A DNA stretch of 64,000 nt. It comes from Sminthopsis crassicaudata. Its lineage: Eukaryota. The position numbers were made by a program, and so were the translations under genes. Below, piece by piece: positions 35,601 to 46,760 of this stretch. Within the stretch, counting starts at the first letter, position 1; every line of letters starts with the position of its first letter. The stretch covers positions 56,572,066 through 56,636,065 of the forward strand of contig NC_133623.1 in the NCBI RefSeq assembly GCF_048593235.1. The letters run 5' to 3'. A model generated the notes under the pieces. That model made no database searches. It saw nothing but the letters and a program-made list of their open reading frames with translations, and was not told the origin of the DNA.

Positions 35601-37830
35601 GGGCGGGCCTTTTCCGTAGCGGGAGACGGAGGCCCCAGGAGTCGAACCCCGGTCCTGTTCACAGGAGCCCCGCCCGGCCGGCAGCAGTGGAGCACCGGGT
35701 TTGGGGCCACGAGGCTGTAGTTGGGCTGGAGGGGACCCCACAAGGTGCCAGGGAGTGGCTTATGCTAGGGGGTCCCCGCTTTGCGCCATGAGGGGCTCCC
35801 CGTGTCACAGATAGCGGCCCAGATGGAGATGGGACTGGAGGGGGGTGTCGGGGGTAGAGGGGGGGACCCCAGCTCATCTCCGCCGCAGGGATCGACCTCA
35901 TGGACATGGCGGGAGACCTTCTCCAGCCCCGAGGGGATGATCCCGCCCGCGTCAGCTGGAACTTGCGCCAGCTCATCTCCAGATACCAGGAGACCTTCAC
36001 TGTCATCGAGAAGGTGGGGCTGCCCGCGGGGGGGGGGGGTGGGGGGGGGGCTGGGGGAGGGGCCTGGGCAGCTCCTAGAGCCCCTTTTCCTCGCAGTGCC
36101 CCAAGCCGGTCATCGCCGCGGTCCACGGTGGTTGCATCGGGGGAGGTGAGTCTGGGAGGCCCGGAGCTGGGGGCCGGGCCCTGTGCCCGCGGGCGGCCCA
36201 CTCACCTCCCGCCTGCACCCTGCAGGGGTGGACCTCATCTCGGCCTGTGACATCAGGTACTGCGCCCAGGACGCCTGGTTCCAGGTGAAGGTGAGAGCAG
36301 AGGCTCGGCAGGGCGGGGCTCCGGGGCGAGGGCAGCCCTGACCCTCCTGTCACCCGCAGGAGGTGGACATCGGGCTGGCTGCCGACGTGGGGACGCTGCA
36401 GCGCCTGCCCAGGATCCTAGGGAGCCAGAGGTGCCAAGCGCCAGGGGCTGGGGGCGGGGGGGGGGGGGCGGCCGGGCCAGGGTCTCCTCACCGCTCCGCC
36501 TCCCCTCCCCAGTCTGGTGAATGAGCTGGCCTTCACTGCCCGGAAGATGATGGCCGACGAAGCCCTGAGCAGCGGCCTGGTCAAGTAAGGCCCCTCCCCC
36601 GGGCTCCCCAGGCCCGGCCCTGACCCTGGGGGGATCCCGAGGCTCCTCCCCCTCCTTCCCTGGGCTCCCCAAACCATCCCCGAGGCCCCTCCCCCTCCTC
36701 GCCCGGGCTCCCCAGGCCCGGCCCCGGGGCTCCGCCTCCCTCCGGGCGCTGACCCGGGGCCTGTCCGCCGGCCCCCAGCCGCGTGTTTCAGGACCACGAG
36801 TCCCTGCTGGCCGCGGCCTTGGGTCTGGCGGGCGAGATCTCCAGCAAGAGCCCGGTGGCGGTGCAGGGCACCAAAATCAACCTGCTCTACTCGCGGGACC
36901 ACAGCGTGGCCGAAGGGCTCAACTTCATGGTGAGCCCGCCCTGCGGCCCCCTGCTGGGTGCTCCGCCCCTGCCTTGGGGAGGGAGACCCCAAGCAAACAG
37001 ACTCATGGGATGAAAGGAAATCCCCCGGGGGAGGGGGAGAGAGGGAGGGAGGAGCTTCGAGGAGGCAAGGAGGGCGGAAAATGGGAGCGGGCGCTCATCT
37101 CCTGGCCAGTACTGGGGAGAGCCCTTGGACTGCAGCCCATAAGCTGGTGGGGGCCGAGCTCAGCCTCAGCTGGAGGAGTGTGGGGGTGGGTGGGGCCAGA
37201 GGCTGCGGGGGGGGCGGGTTCGAGGTGGTCGTCCGGCCAGGTCGGACCCTCTGGGACCCTTTTCCTGGAGGGCCAGATCCCGGCGGGGCTCGTCCTTTCC
37301 TTCTCCAGCTTGTTTTACAGATGGGGAAGCTGAGGCTGTGCCAGCCAGGGCCCCCAATCAGGCCCATCTGAGGCCCGGCTGAGCTCAGGTTGGGCTCCCA
37401 GCACCCCCAGGGGTTGTTCAGGAGCGTCTCAGGGGCCCGGGATGGCAGTAAGGCTCAGGGAGGAAGGGCCAGGAGGAGCCTCTGCAGCCAGGCTCCTTCA
37501 TCTGGCTTTGGGTGGTCTCTGCAGGGGCATTGCCCAGGGAAAAATCTACCCCCAGTCGCATCCCAGCTGGGCACCCTGGGCAGGCCACTTCTCCCTGTCT
37601 GCCTCAGTTTCCTCATCTGTCAAATGAGCTGGAGAGGGAAATGGCAAGCTCCCCAGGAAACCCCAGATGGGTCCCAGAGCCAGCCACAAGTGAATGACCA
37701 GTGCCCCCCCTTTCTCTCTCCTTAGACTGCCTGGAACATGAGCATGCTGCAGACCGAGGACATAACCAAGTCCGTCCAGGCCTCCTTGGAGAAGAAGGAC
37801 CTGAAGAGCGTCACCTTCTCCAAACTCTGA
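26531..37830 (+). CDS. ECH1: Delta(3,5)-delta(2,4)-dienoyl-CoA isomerase (enoyl-CoA hydratase 1), 10 exons, 321 aa
   Basis: Exons 26531-26582, 27271-27457, 35439-35527, 35889-36013, 36097-36145, 36226-36290, 36360-36430, 36513-36584, 36779-36929, 37726-37830 join in frame (966 nt). It has an Arg/Leu-rich N-terminal MTS-like sequence, HVQLNRPEKRNAMN, CDIRYC and KEVDIGLAADVGTLQRL (acidic catalytic motifs), and C-terminal PTS1 SKL*. Confidence 0.97.
27722..35352 (+). repeat. Giant 24-bp minisatellite (~7.6 kb, ~318 units), consensus GAGCACGGGGAGGTGGGACAGCCC, in ECH1 intron 2
   Basis: Continuous tandem array. Variable positions gagc[a/t]c[g/a/t]g[g/a]gaggtggga[c/t]ag[c/t]cc, with occasional 6-bp GAGCAC insertions. 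Confidence 0.99.
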
Positions 37831-37978
37831 ATGCTCTTTGCCCCCACACACCCCCATTCCCACTGCCCTTTGACCCCCTGGAGGCCGGACCCCTCTCACG
37901 GAGGCCGTGGGTTCTCTCTCCTGACCCCCTCCACATCCCCGGATTCCCTGATGGGGTGTGGGGGTCACCTGTGTCACT

Positions 37979-37984
37979 AATAAA
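37979..37984 (+). terminator. ECH1 polyadenylation signal
   Basis: AATAAA ~150 nt after the stop. Confidence 0.85.
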
Positions 37985-38159
37985 GTCATTCTGTGAACCC
38001 AGTGACTCCAAGTGCACTTTATTCCTCCTGGGTGTGAGCTGGGGCGGGGAGGGGGGGGGGAACCAGATGGAAGAGGTCAAAGGCCCTGGTATTCTGCCTC
38101 ACACACCTGTTTGTTCTGGGCTGGGAACCTGCCCACTTCTCCAATAGCACTCCCAGCCT

Positions 38160-38430
38160 CTGCAGATAAGAATCTAGATAAGGCTTGGCTGTGGTCAAAG
38201 TTTGGGGGGTGCAGCTTCCTCTTCTGAGGAGCAGGGGAAGACTAGGAACCCCCAGACCCACTTGGAATGAGGAGAGGGTCCCCCTGAGGGGGGTGAGAGA
38301 GAGGCAAAATCCCCCCATAAAGGGAGCTGGTAGGAGGGGAGGGAAGGAAAGAAGGGATATTCATCCCCCCAGCCCTGCTGCCGTCACACCCAGGACACCC
38401 CTGCCCTGCCCTGCTGGGATATAAAAGGCA
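38160..38430 (+). promoter_or_regulatory. LGALS4 promoter: TATA box plus GATA, HNF4-like and CDX-like motifs
   Basis: TATAAAA 38420-38426; AGATAA at 38164 and 38176; GGTCAAAGTTTG 38193-38204; CCATAAA 38315-38321. Consistent with the known gut-epithelial expression of galectin-4. Confidence 0.7.
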
Positions 38431-38504
38431 TAGCGGGCACGCTCCTCGCCCCATTCCAGACACCAGCTTTTCCCTCTGCTGCCCAGAGCCCTCTCTGTGC
38501 CAAC

Positions 38505-41500
38505 ATGGCCTTTATGCCTGCTCCCGGCTACCAACCCAGCTATAACCCGGTGAGTGACCAGCCAGCGGACCCAGCCCCGAGCCCGGAGCCCCCAGCTCTG
38601 CTCTTCCCCAAATCTGATCTCCCATCCCCACGATGACCTTGGGTGGTGAGGAGAGCAAGCCGGGGACCACAGAGCCTCCCTCCCTCCCTCTCGTTGAGGG
38701 GACTTCATTCTGGACCTCTAACCCCCCCATCCTCTCCCCCACCCAGACTCTCCCGTACAACAGAGAGATCCCCGGGGGCCTTCGCTCAGGGATGTCCATC
38801 TACATCCAAGGGGTGGCCAGTGACCACATGAAGAGGTGAGGGCTGAAAAGGGATGGAGGAGAGGATGGGAGAATGGCTGGGGTCTCTGGACAGAGGAGGG
38901 TGGGAAAAATGCTGGCTCTGGCCCCTCACATATCCTGTGTGACCTGGAAGTCACTCACCTTCTCAGAGATCTCAATTACAATCTGAAATGAGGCTAAAAA
39001 ATAGTGGGAAGGAGAAAACCTGCATCTATTAATTGCCTACTGTGTGCCATGCACTATATTACAAATGTCTCATCTTAGACTTCTATCTTAGCTGGTCTCT
39101 AAGGTCAAAACGGCCTCTCATCTGGTGGTCCTGGCACAGGGGAGGGAGGATTAGAAGTGAGCGCCCACGGCCCCGCCCAGCCCCACCGTCAGATCTTCCT
39201 GGAGGAGGGAGTCGGTGGGGAGCCGGGAGGCTCGAAGGCCCGGGCTGCGGGGCCTGGGCTGCGGGGCCCTGATCTTCTTTTCGTCCCGTGGCTTCTCCCT
39301 GCCAGGTTTTATGTAAACTTTGTGTTGGGGGGCACGCCCGGCTGCGACGTGGCCTTCCACTTCAACCCGCGCTTCGACGGCTGGGACAAGGTGGTTTTCA
39401 ACACGATGCAGGGAGGCCGCTGGGGCAGCGAGGAGAGGAAGCGAAGCATGCCCTTCAAAAAGGGAGCCCCCTTTGAGATGGTCATCATGGTCATGGACGA
39501 GCATTACAAGGTCTGGGAGAGGCCCGGGCGTGGGGCGGGGCGGGGCGGGGTCCTTCCGAGGCGCTGCCCCTTAGAGCGATTTAGGAGAAACTTCCCAGAA
39601 GCGGGCAAGAGGACAGCGGCCGTGGGGCCCCAGGGCCAGCCCGAGGTTCAGGCCATCAAGAAGCACTTATTAGGCGCCTATGGTGGTGGGTTTCAGAAAA
39701 GGCGATTTAGTCTAATCTCAAAGATTTCTAGAAAAAAAAGCCACGGAGGTAGTGAGATCCCTGGCCCCGTGGGACTTCAAAATCTATTGGCTTGGCTGCC
39801 TCAGGTGAAAAAACTGGACAAAAAGTGTGTGAGGTCCGGGGCCGAGACAGACCTCGATCATGGAGTGCTCCCAGTCCTCTCTCCTGGGTACCTCCTCAGC
39901 TCTCCCCGGCTGCCAAAGTCCTCCCCGCGGGACGCGGCCGGGCGGATGCATCAAATAACGAATGCATGGACGCATTTATTAGCTTGGGAAGGAAGAGATC
40001 TGGGCCCAAATATTGCTCTGCGGTTGGCACCAAGTGCCCATTCCCGTTACCGGGACTCAGTTTCTTCCGCTGTCTTATAAGGGGCTTTCAATTCAACCTG
40101 GCCTCCAAGCTCTGAGCTTCCCGAAGGCTGCGCCCCCTCTGCTTGTACCTCCTCTCTCCTATGGCAGCGTATTTTCCTATTGTTCATCAGGAGCCGGGAA
40201 ATTGGGACAGTAGGACATTCCTAGATTTGGGATTCGCCCATGTAGAGCAGGGCAGCCAGGTGGCGCTATCGAGCCGGTCCTAGAATCCCGAGGGCCTGAA
40301 TTCAAATGCAGTCTTAGCTGCGTGATCCTGAGCCAGTCACTGACCCCCGTTCTCCCTGTTGGAGAAGGAAATGGCAAACTCTCTGCCGAGAAATTCCAGA
40401 TGGGGCCACCGAGAACCAGCAGGGCTCAGCGACAATCCCTCTACCAGAACGGGCACTTAGCAAGCTCTCCCGTGGTCAGTCGATGAGCATTTATTAAGTG
40501 CCCACTGTGTACCTGGAACTGTCCTGGTGGTCCTGGGGATGCAAATATAGACAAAAGATGATCCTTGACATCAGGGGGTTCACAGATAAACAGGGAAACG
40601 AGCTGCAGACTCATAAACTGGGAGTGGCGGGCAGGGAAAGCTTTAGCCCTGAGGGATCGGCAAAGACATCGTGATTTTTATTAAATTCATATGACATAAA
40701 ACCCCTGTGAGCACATGATTATCCAGATCTGGGGATTTACCTTTACCAAGGCAACCTAGAGGGTTGGAGCTCCTCTTGGGATGCACTTTGACCTGAAGTG
40801 TTAGCTAGTAGTTATTAGAGGCAGGATTTGAACCCTGGATCCAACCGGATGTTCTGAGAGGTCCCAGGAAGGGGAATGGTTAACGATGGGGGTGGGGGTG
40901 GGAAAGACTTGCTGGTTTTGGACTTGAGTCCTCCTAACTTCCTCCCTCCCCATCAGGTGGTGGTAAATGGCAGCCCCTTCTATGAGTATGGACACCGGGT
41001 ACCTATACAGATGGTCACTCATTTGCAAGTGGATGGAGACCTGGAGCTTCACTCCATCAACTTCCTTGGAGGAGGCCCTGACCCAGGCCAGGTAGAGAGT
41101 CTGGAGAGGGATGGGCCCACTGAGGCAGGGCTCGCCCGGGAGAGCAGGGCTGGGGACACGTTCCACTCTGTCCTGCTGGGGTGCTGCAGAAAGTTCGGGG
41201 GCCGCAGGGGCCCTAAGCGGGGAGCTCAGCACGGGAGGAGGAAACTCCGAAACGCTTCCTGGGAAGACGGGTGGGTAGCTGGACCACTGGCTCTTCTCCA
41301 ACTCCCGCCATCGGCCTCCCCCCTTCCCCAGTTTTAGAGAGGAGGGGAAATAGCTGGCCTAAGGTCATATGGCTAAAGAGCAAGCAAAAGAAATAGAATT
41401 CATCAACTCATATATAATTCATATAAGATCATTCTTAATTCATAAGCTATAATTCAAGCCCAGGCAGGCTCTCTACAGATGCAGCTCATGAAATTACGCC

Positions 41501-43783
41501 ATGGTTGCCCCATTGTTGTTCCGCCTTTGGGCACGAAGACAACCGCTTCTGCTGAGGCTGCTCAGGGAAAGGGCTGCATTCAGAGCCAGGGGCCTGGTTC
41601 CAATCTCAGATCCCCCTCCCCCCCGGGCCTCATGGCAGGGCGTGGGGCCTGCCTCGGTTTGTCTCCTCTGTGATGAGAAAGTTGGATGAAACGCCTCCCT
41701 CTGCTCTGAACACGGAGGCCTTCTGTCATTTCAGAGTTTTTCTTGTTTTGAGTCCCTTTCTGCAGACGTAGGGACAGGAAGAAATCTGGGAGAAGGTTGG
41801 GAGTCTATCCCTCCGACTAAAGATGGCCAAGGAGTGGGGCTTCCCGTCTCCCATCTGTGTCTGTGCGGGACAGCCCAGAATTTCCATTAGGAATGTTCGG
41901 GTGCTTGGTTCCCTTGTAGAACTCTGGTTGTGCAAAGGGTGAAGAAGGGGGCAACCCTCCATCCCCTTTTTACCCAAAGCTTTGGGGAAGCCCCGGAAAG
42001 ATACTTCATGCCTTTCTATTCTCTCCTCCAAGATTCCTGTGACAATCCCAGCGTATCCAGTAAGTACCCCCTGGGGGAGAGGGTCGGGGCACAGAATCAG
42101 GAAGTGGCTCCAGGAGGAAATTAAAGATGGTGGGGAAGCGGAAGGTCCCTTTCCTTACCTTCCTTCCTCCCTCATCCTCTAGGGCCCAGGAACCACTCAG
42201 ACGAAGCCGCCCTATGAATTGCCGGTGAGTAGGCTTTGGCTAGAGGAAGGCCTGGGTCCGCAGATGCTCACCCCTGGCTCCTGAGGTAATAGTCAATCAG
42301 CAGAGCGTCTGAGCTCTGGCAGAGACCCGGGTTTGAATCTCGCCTCTAACCCTGACCGCCTGAGTGACCAGGGAGAAATCATTTACCTTCTCTGAGACCC
42401 AACTGAAAAGTGCTTAATCCTGTATTCTGAAGGGTCCCCTAATCTCCTGCTCCTTTCCCCCCTTTGCAGACCATGGAAGGACCACCAATCTTCAATCCGG
42501 TACGGGATTAGTGTGGTAGGAGATTGGGCTCGTGGGGGGCGTCGGAGACGGAGTCCAGAGTCTCGGGTGGGGAGGGCCAGATTAACTTCAGTGGGAATCC
42601 AGGGGATCCCCCATCCTCCCTGCCCCCACAATGGAGCCAGAGGACTTGGGTTCAGATCTTAGGCCACGTGACACCTTCCCCAGGACTGGTTTGCCTTGTC
42701 TACATGCAATGGGGAGCTGGCGGGGGCCCCCAGTTAGATGGCATAGCAAAGGGGGCGTCAATGCCTCCAAGGCCCTGGTCGGCTCTCGATCCTGTCTGTG
42801 ACCCTTTGATCAACAGCCTGTGCCATACTGGGGGCGAATGCAGAGTGGTCTTACAGCCCGCAAAACCATTGTGATAAAGGGAATGGTGAATCAGCGGGCC
42901 AGCAGGTGAGAGACCTGGGATGTAGCCCACTAGCTCCCACCTTTCTGGGGGCCCATTTCTCCAGATTTCCAAACTCTTAGGACCCAGCTATCCAGTCTCC
43001 TCCATGGAATCCCTCCTGGGGACCCACAAGCCCCTCAGCCCTCTCCCAGGGTGGAAGCCATCGGATACCCTCCCCCATGCCCCTCTCAAGCTTTTGTCCC
43101 TTGGCAAGCCCCACTCCAAGTCCCCACTCAGGTCCCCCAGAGACCCAAATGTGGCTCTCAGCCCCGGAATTCTTCCTGGGGAGTCATAGGTATCTCAACC
43201 CCATCAAGGGACCGGTAGCCATCCCTTGCTATTTTCTCCCTCCCCCAGCAGTTCAGCTTTCTCCCTACAGCAGTCACTCCCCACCCACAGAGATCCCTAC
43301 ACTTTGGGGGTCCAAGGCCCTCAGGGGCCCAGGCCTAGGGGCCCGCCCTCAGCTCCTGCCCTCTACCTCTCTGTCCCCCAGTATCGTCATCAACTTCAAG
43401 GAGGCCGACTCAGAGAACGTGGCCCTGCACATTAACCCTCGGGTCTCCGAAGGGGTTGTGGTCCGCAACACCTTCATGGATGGGAAGTGGGGGAAAGAGG
43501 AGAGGACCATAAGCTTCAACCCATTTACCCAGGGCCAGTACTTTGATGTGAGTCTGGGGGCTCGGGGACCTGCCTCCTCCTCCCTTATTCTCACCACCCC
43601 TTCCTTCTCACTCTGCCTCTTTCCCACCCACTCTAGCTGTCTGTCCGCTGTGGCCACGACCGCTTCAAAGTCTTTGCCAACGGCCAACACCTCTTTGACT
43701 ACACCCACCGATTCTCCGACTTCCACAAGGTGAACATGGTGGAGATCAAGGGAGACCTGTCCCTGTCTTATGTGCAGATCTGA
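38505..43783 (+). CDS. LGALS4: Galectin-4 (tandem-repeat, two CRDs), 10 exons, 324 aa
   Basis: Exons 38505-38549, 38747-38835, 39306-39510, 40957-41091, 42033-42059, 42183-42224, 42470-42499, 42817-42905, 43382-43547, 43637-43783 (975 nt). [15 protein letters not shown] start; CRD motifs FHFNPRF/VFN/WGSEER and LHINPR/VRN/WGKEER. Confidence 0.97.
40250..40345 (+). mobile_element. Degenerate marsupial SINE in LGALS4 intron 3
   Basis: gggcagccaggtggcgc...gaattcaaat...gctgcgtgatcctgagccagtcact resembles the SINE consensus seen at 49732. Confidence 0.55.
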
Positions 43784-43929
43784 GCCCCAGCCCGGCCCCC
43801 AGAGGCTTGCCTCTCCATGTGTGCTGGATCTTGTGTCTGATGGAGCATTGGCCACTTTTCTTCTCAATCACTTGTCTGTGTATTCATTCGTTCTCTCGTT
43901 CGCTGGTTCCTTGATGTCCGTCTGATTTC

Positions 43930-44050
43930 ACAAACATATATTAAGTGCCTACTGTATACCAGGCACTTTCCTAGACCTGAGACAGACACAAATAAAACAG
44001 TCCCTGCCCTCATGAAGCTCCCACTTCACATGGAGGAAACAATGAGTATG
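43930..44050. mobile_element. L2-like LINE remnant downstream of LGALS4
   Basis: tattaagtgcctactgtataccaggcact...aaaacagtccctgccctcatgaagct is a typical L2-derived pattern; similar remnants occur near 5660, 40490 and 48635. Confidence 0.55.
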
Positions 44051-46239
44051 TGGATAGGGAAATTCAAAGTAATTTAGGGCCTAAAAGAGAATAATCAGGG
44101 GGTCAGGAAAGAACACAGTAACCAATACACTTCATAAATGTCGGTTGACTGAAATGCCTACTTTATGCATATTATTTCATTTGATCCTCATGACAACTCT
44201 GGGAGATAGGCGCTATTATTCCCATTTTACAATTTACAGAAATTAAATGACTTTCCCACAGTCACCCCACCAGTAAGCTAATAAGTGCCTAAGGATGGAT
44301 TTGAATTCATCTTTGTGACTCCAGAAAAACTCTTCCTAATTGTCTCTTGTAGGAAGCCCAGGAATTGCCCTTTCTTCCTATATATGGCATTTTGTTTCCA
44401 CTGTGATTTCCTTAACTTGTGGGAAATCCTCTCACCAATTCAGATCTCCGCCCGTCCTGTGACTTCCCCCCTAAGGGTCATCTGAAAGGAGGCTGTACTC
44501 TGAAATGTCGGTTACTACGTCCTAGTGGGACCCATGAGTACCTGGCAGTTGTGACACTCAGAATATTCCCAACACCTTTAACATGTCCAAATTAACTTAT
44601 TAACTTAAGCACACAGAAAAGGCGGTATGTCACTGTACTAATTATCCAGCAAGGGAGTACGATGCCGGAATTGGCCACCAGGTGGTGATCTTCTTGAACC
44701 ACTAGACCCGTAGCATTGACCCAGAAGGCCTCAGTTTCCTGGCCATAGCAAAGTATTACACCTGCTACCCCACTCCAGTCTTCAAGTCTCTCTGTAAGTG
44801 TGCTGGTTGGGTTCAGCATCGAATTGAAAGAGATAAAATATAATAACTATTACTCAATTCTATTGATAAATAATTCTATTAGTTCAATTCTATAGAGCTC
44901 TCAGGTTTGCAAAGCAATTTTTCAAATAATTCGTTTTATTTTCCCAATGAAATAAGTGCTATTGGGACCTTCAATTTACAGAAGAGGAAATGAAACAAAA
45001 AATGATTAAGTAATTTGCTCAAGGTTTACACACTTAGCAAATGGTTGGAACCAGTTGGAGCTTTGGTCTTCTTGGCTAGCTCCAATCCCACACCACACGA
45101 CGGCCTTCCCCTCCCCCAGTCATACGTCCCCTACTCCCAATTCTTGACATTCACACTCAAAGCTCTGATATCCAACATAGCAAAGTATGCTTATTGAATA
45201 TAGCAAAAATGGGAGAAAAATGTTACACATTTTGCAAGGGACCTATCCAAGCAGAAGATCCTAGATCTAGAGCTGTTAAGGGACATCAGAGGCCATCTAG
45301 CCCAGCCCCTCATTTTAAGCCCGATAACTCTCTAAATCTCCCTCTTTCTCTCTCCATTCTTCCCAGGGATGGTCAGGGAATTCCCAACCGATGAGCATTC
45401 ACTGCCTGGGAAAAGGGAGTAGGGGGAAGTGGGCTTGCAGAATCCTACGTCCGGGTCACAGACACATAAAAGAAATGATTTTTCTCTTTGGGGCACCAAC
45501 CTGGCGAGAATATCACAATCGCAAATCCCAGGGTTTGGGACGGACCCCCTTCTGTAGCCTGTCTTTACCAATGGGCTCCTGGAGTCGGTGTCAACAGTAA
45601 AAACCGCCCTATCGCTCCCCGAAACTGGGCGACTTGATCTCAAAGCCAGCTGCGGATAATTTGTAACAGAGAGTCCAGGTCCAGAGGTAACCAACAACCA
45701 GTGCAGTTCTCCATCCTTCTGCACAGCAGTCGGGAAGTATCAAAAGCCAAAGTGCTCAGAGGGAAAGAATCATATCGGCAACAATAATGATGATAAGGCA
45801 GCAAGGCCATGGAAGGAAACAGTGATTAAGTGATTTGTGGGGGATTCACACACTCAGCAAATGTCTGAAGCTAGAATGGAACTGGGTTTTCCTGAGCGCC
45901 CAACTGCCCAGCTCCAAGCCCACACTGCCCACAGCCTTTCCACTCCATAGTCACACTTCCCCTCTGCCCAATCCCCAACACCGCACCCACACACAGACAT
46001 TCACAAGACTCAACTATCCAATGTACCAAAGTGTTTATTGATCACAGCAAAAATGGGAGAAAAATCGTACACATTTTAAAATGGATCCATCCTAGCAGAG
46101 AATCTAGAGTTAAGAGACAATGGTGGCTATCTAACCCAGCCCTTTATACTTTACAAATATTGTTTCATTTGATTCTCATAGCAGCCCCAGGAAGATCTTT
46201 ATTCCCCATTTTTACTTTTTTAATATGATTTTTATTTTT

Positions 46240-46760
46240 TCCTATAATAATAGCTTTTTATTTTTCTCTTTTTCCAGTTGGTTTTTTTTATTATAGCTTT
46301 TTATTGACAAAACATATGCAAGGGTAATTTTTCAACATAGCTTTTTATTTTTATTTATTTTTTTTAAATTTTATTTAGCATTTTTTCCACAGTATATATG
46401 CATGAGTAATTTTTTTTATAATATTATCCCTTGTATTCATTTTTCCAAATTATCTCCCCCTCCCTTCACTCCCTCCCCCCGATGACAGGCAATCCCATAC
46501 ATTTTACATATGTTACAATATAACCCAGATACAATATATGTGTGTAAATACCATTTTCTTGTTGCACATTAAGTATTAGATTCCGAAGGTATAAGTAACC
46601 TGGGTAGATAGACAGTAGTATAGCTTTTTATTTTTCAAAGGACATGTAAAGATAGTTTTCAACATTCACCCTAACAAAACTTTGTGTCCCAAATTTTTCT
46701 CCCTTCCCACTTTCCCCCTCTCCTAGACAGCAAGTAATCCAATGTAGGTATATCCCATTT
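46240..46760 (-). mobile_element. Nested antisense L1-type 3' end fragments
   Basis: T-rich tails, recurring atagctttttatt, and a 16-bp direct repeat (46337-46352 / 46620-46635) flanking an inner 267-bp insert. Confidence 0.6.

Noticed and set aside
39511-40080. LGALS4 exon 3 read-through ORF as a novel protein
   Set aside because: No recognisable domain. The canonical donor at 39510 and downstream exons complete the CRD.
44480-44830. Processed pseudogene between LGALS4 and LGALS7
   Set aside because: The sequence is coding-like in composition, but the frames are interrupted and I cannot match the translation to any family. A BLASTX or RepeatMasker search would be needed.
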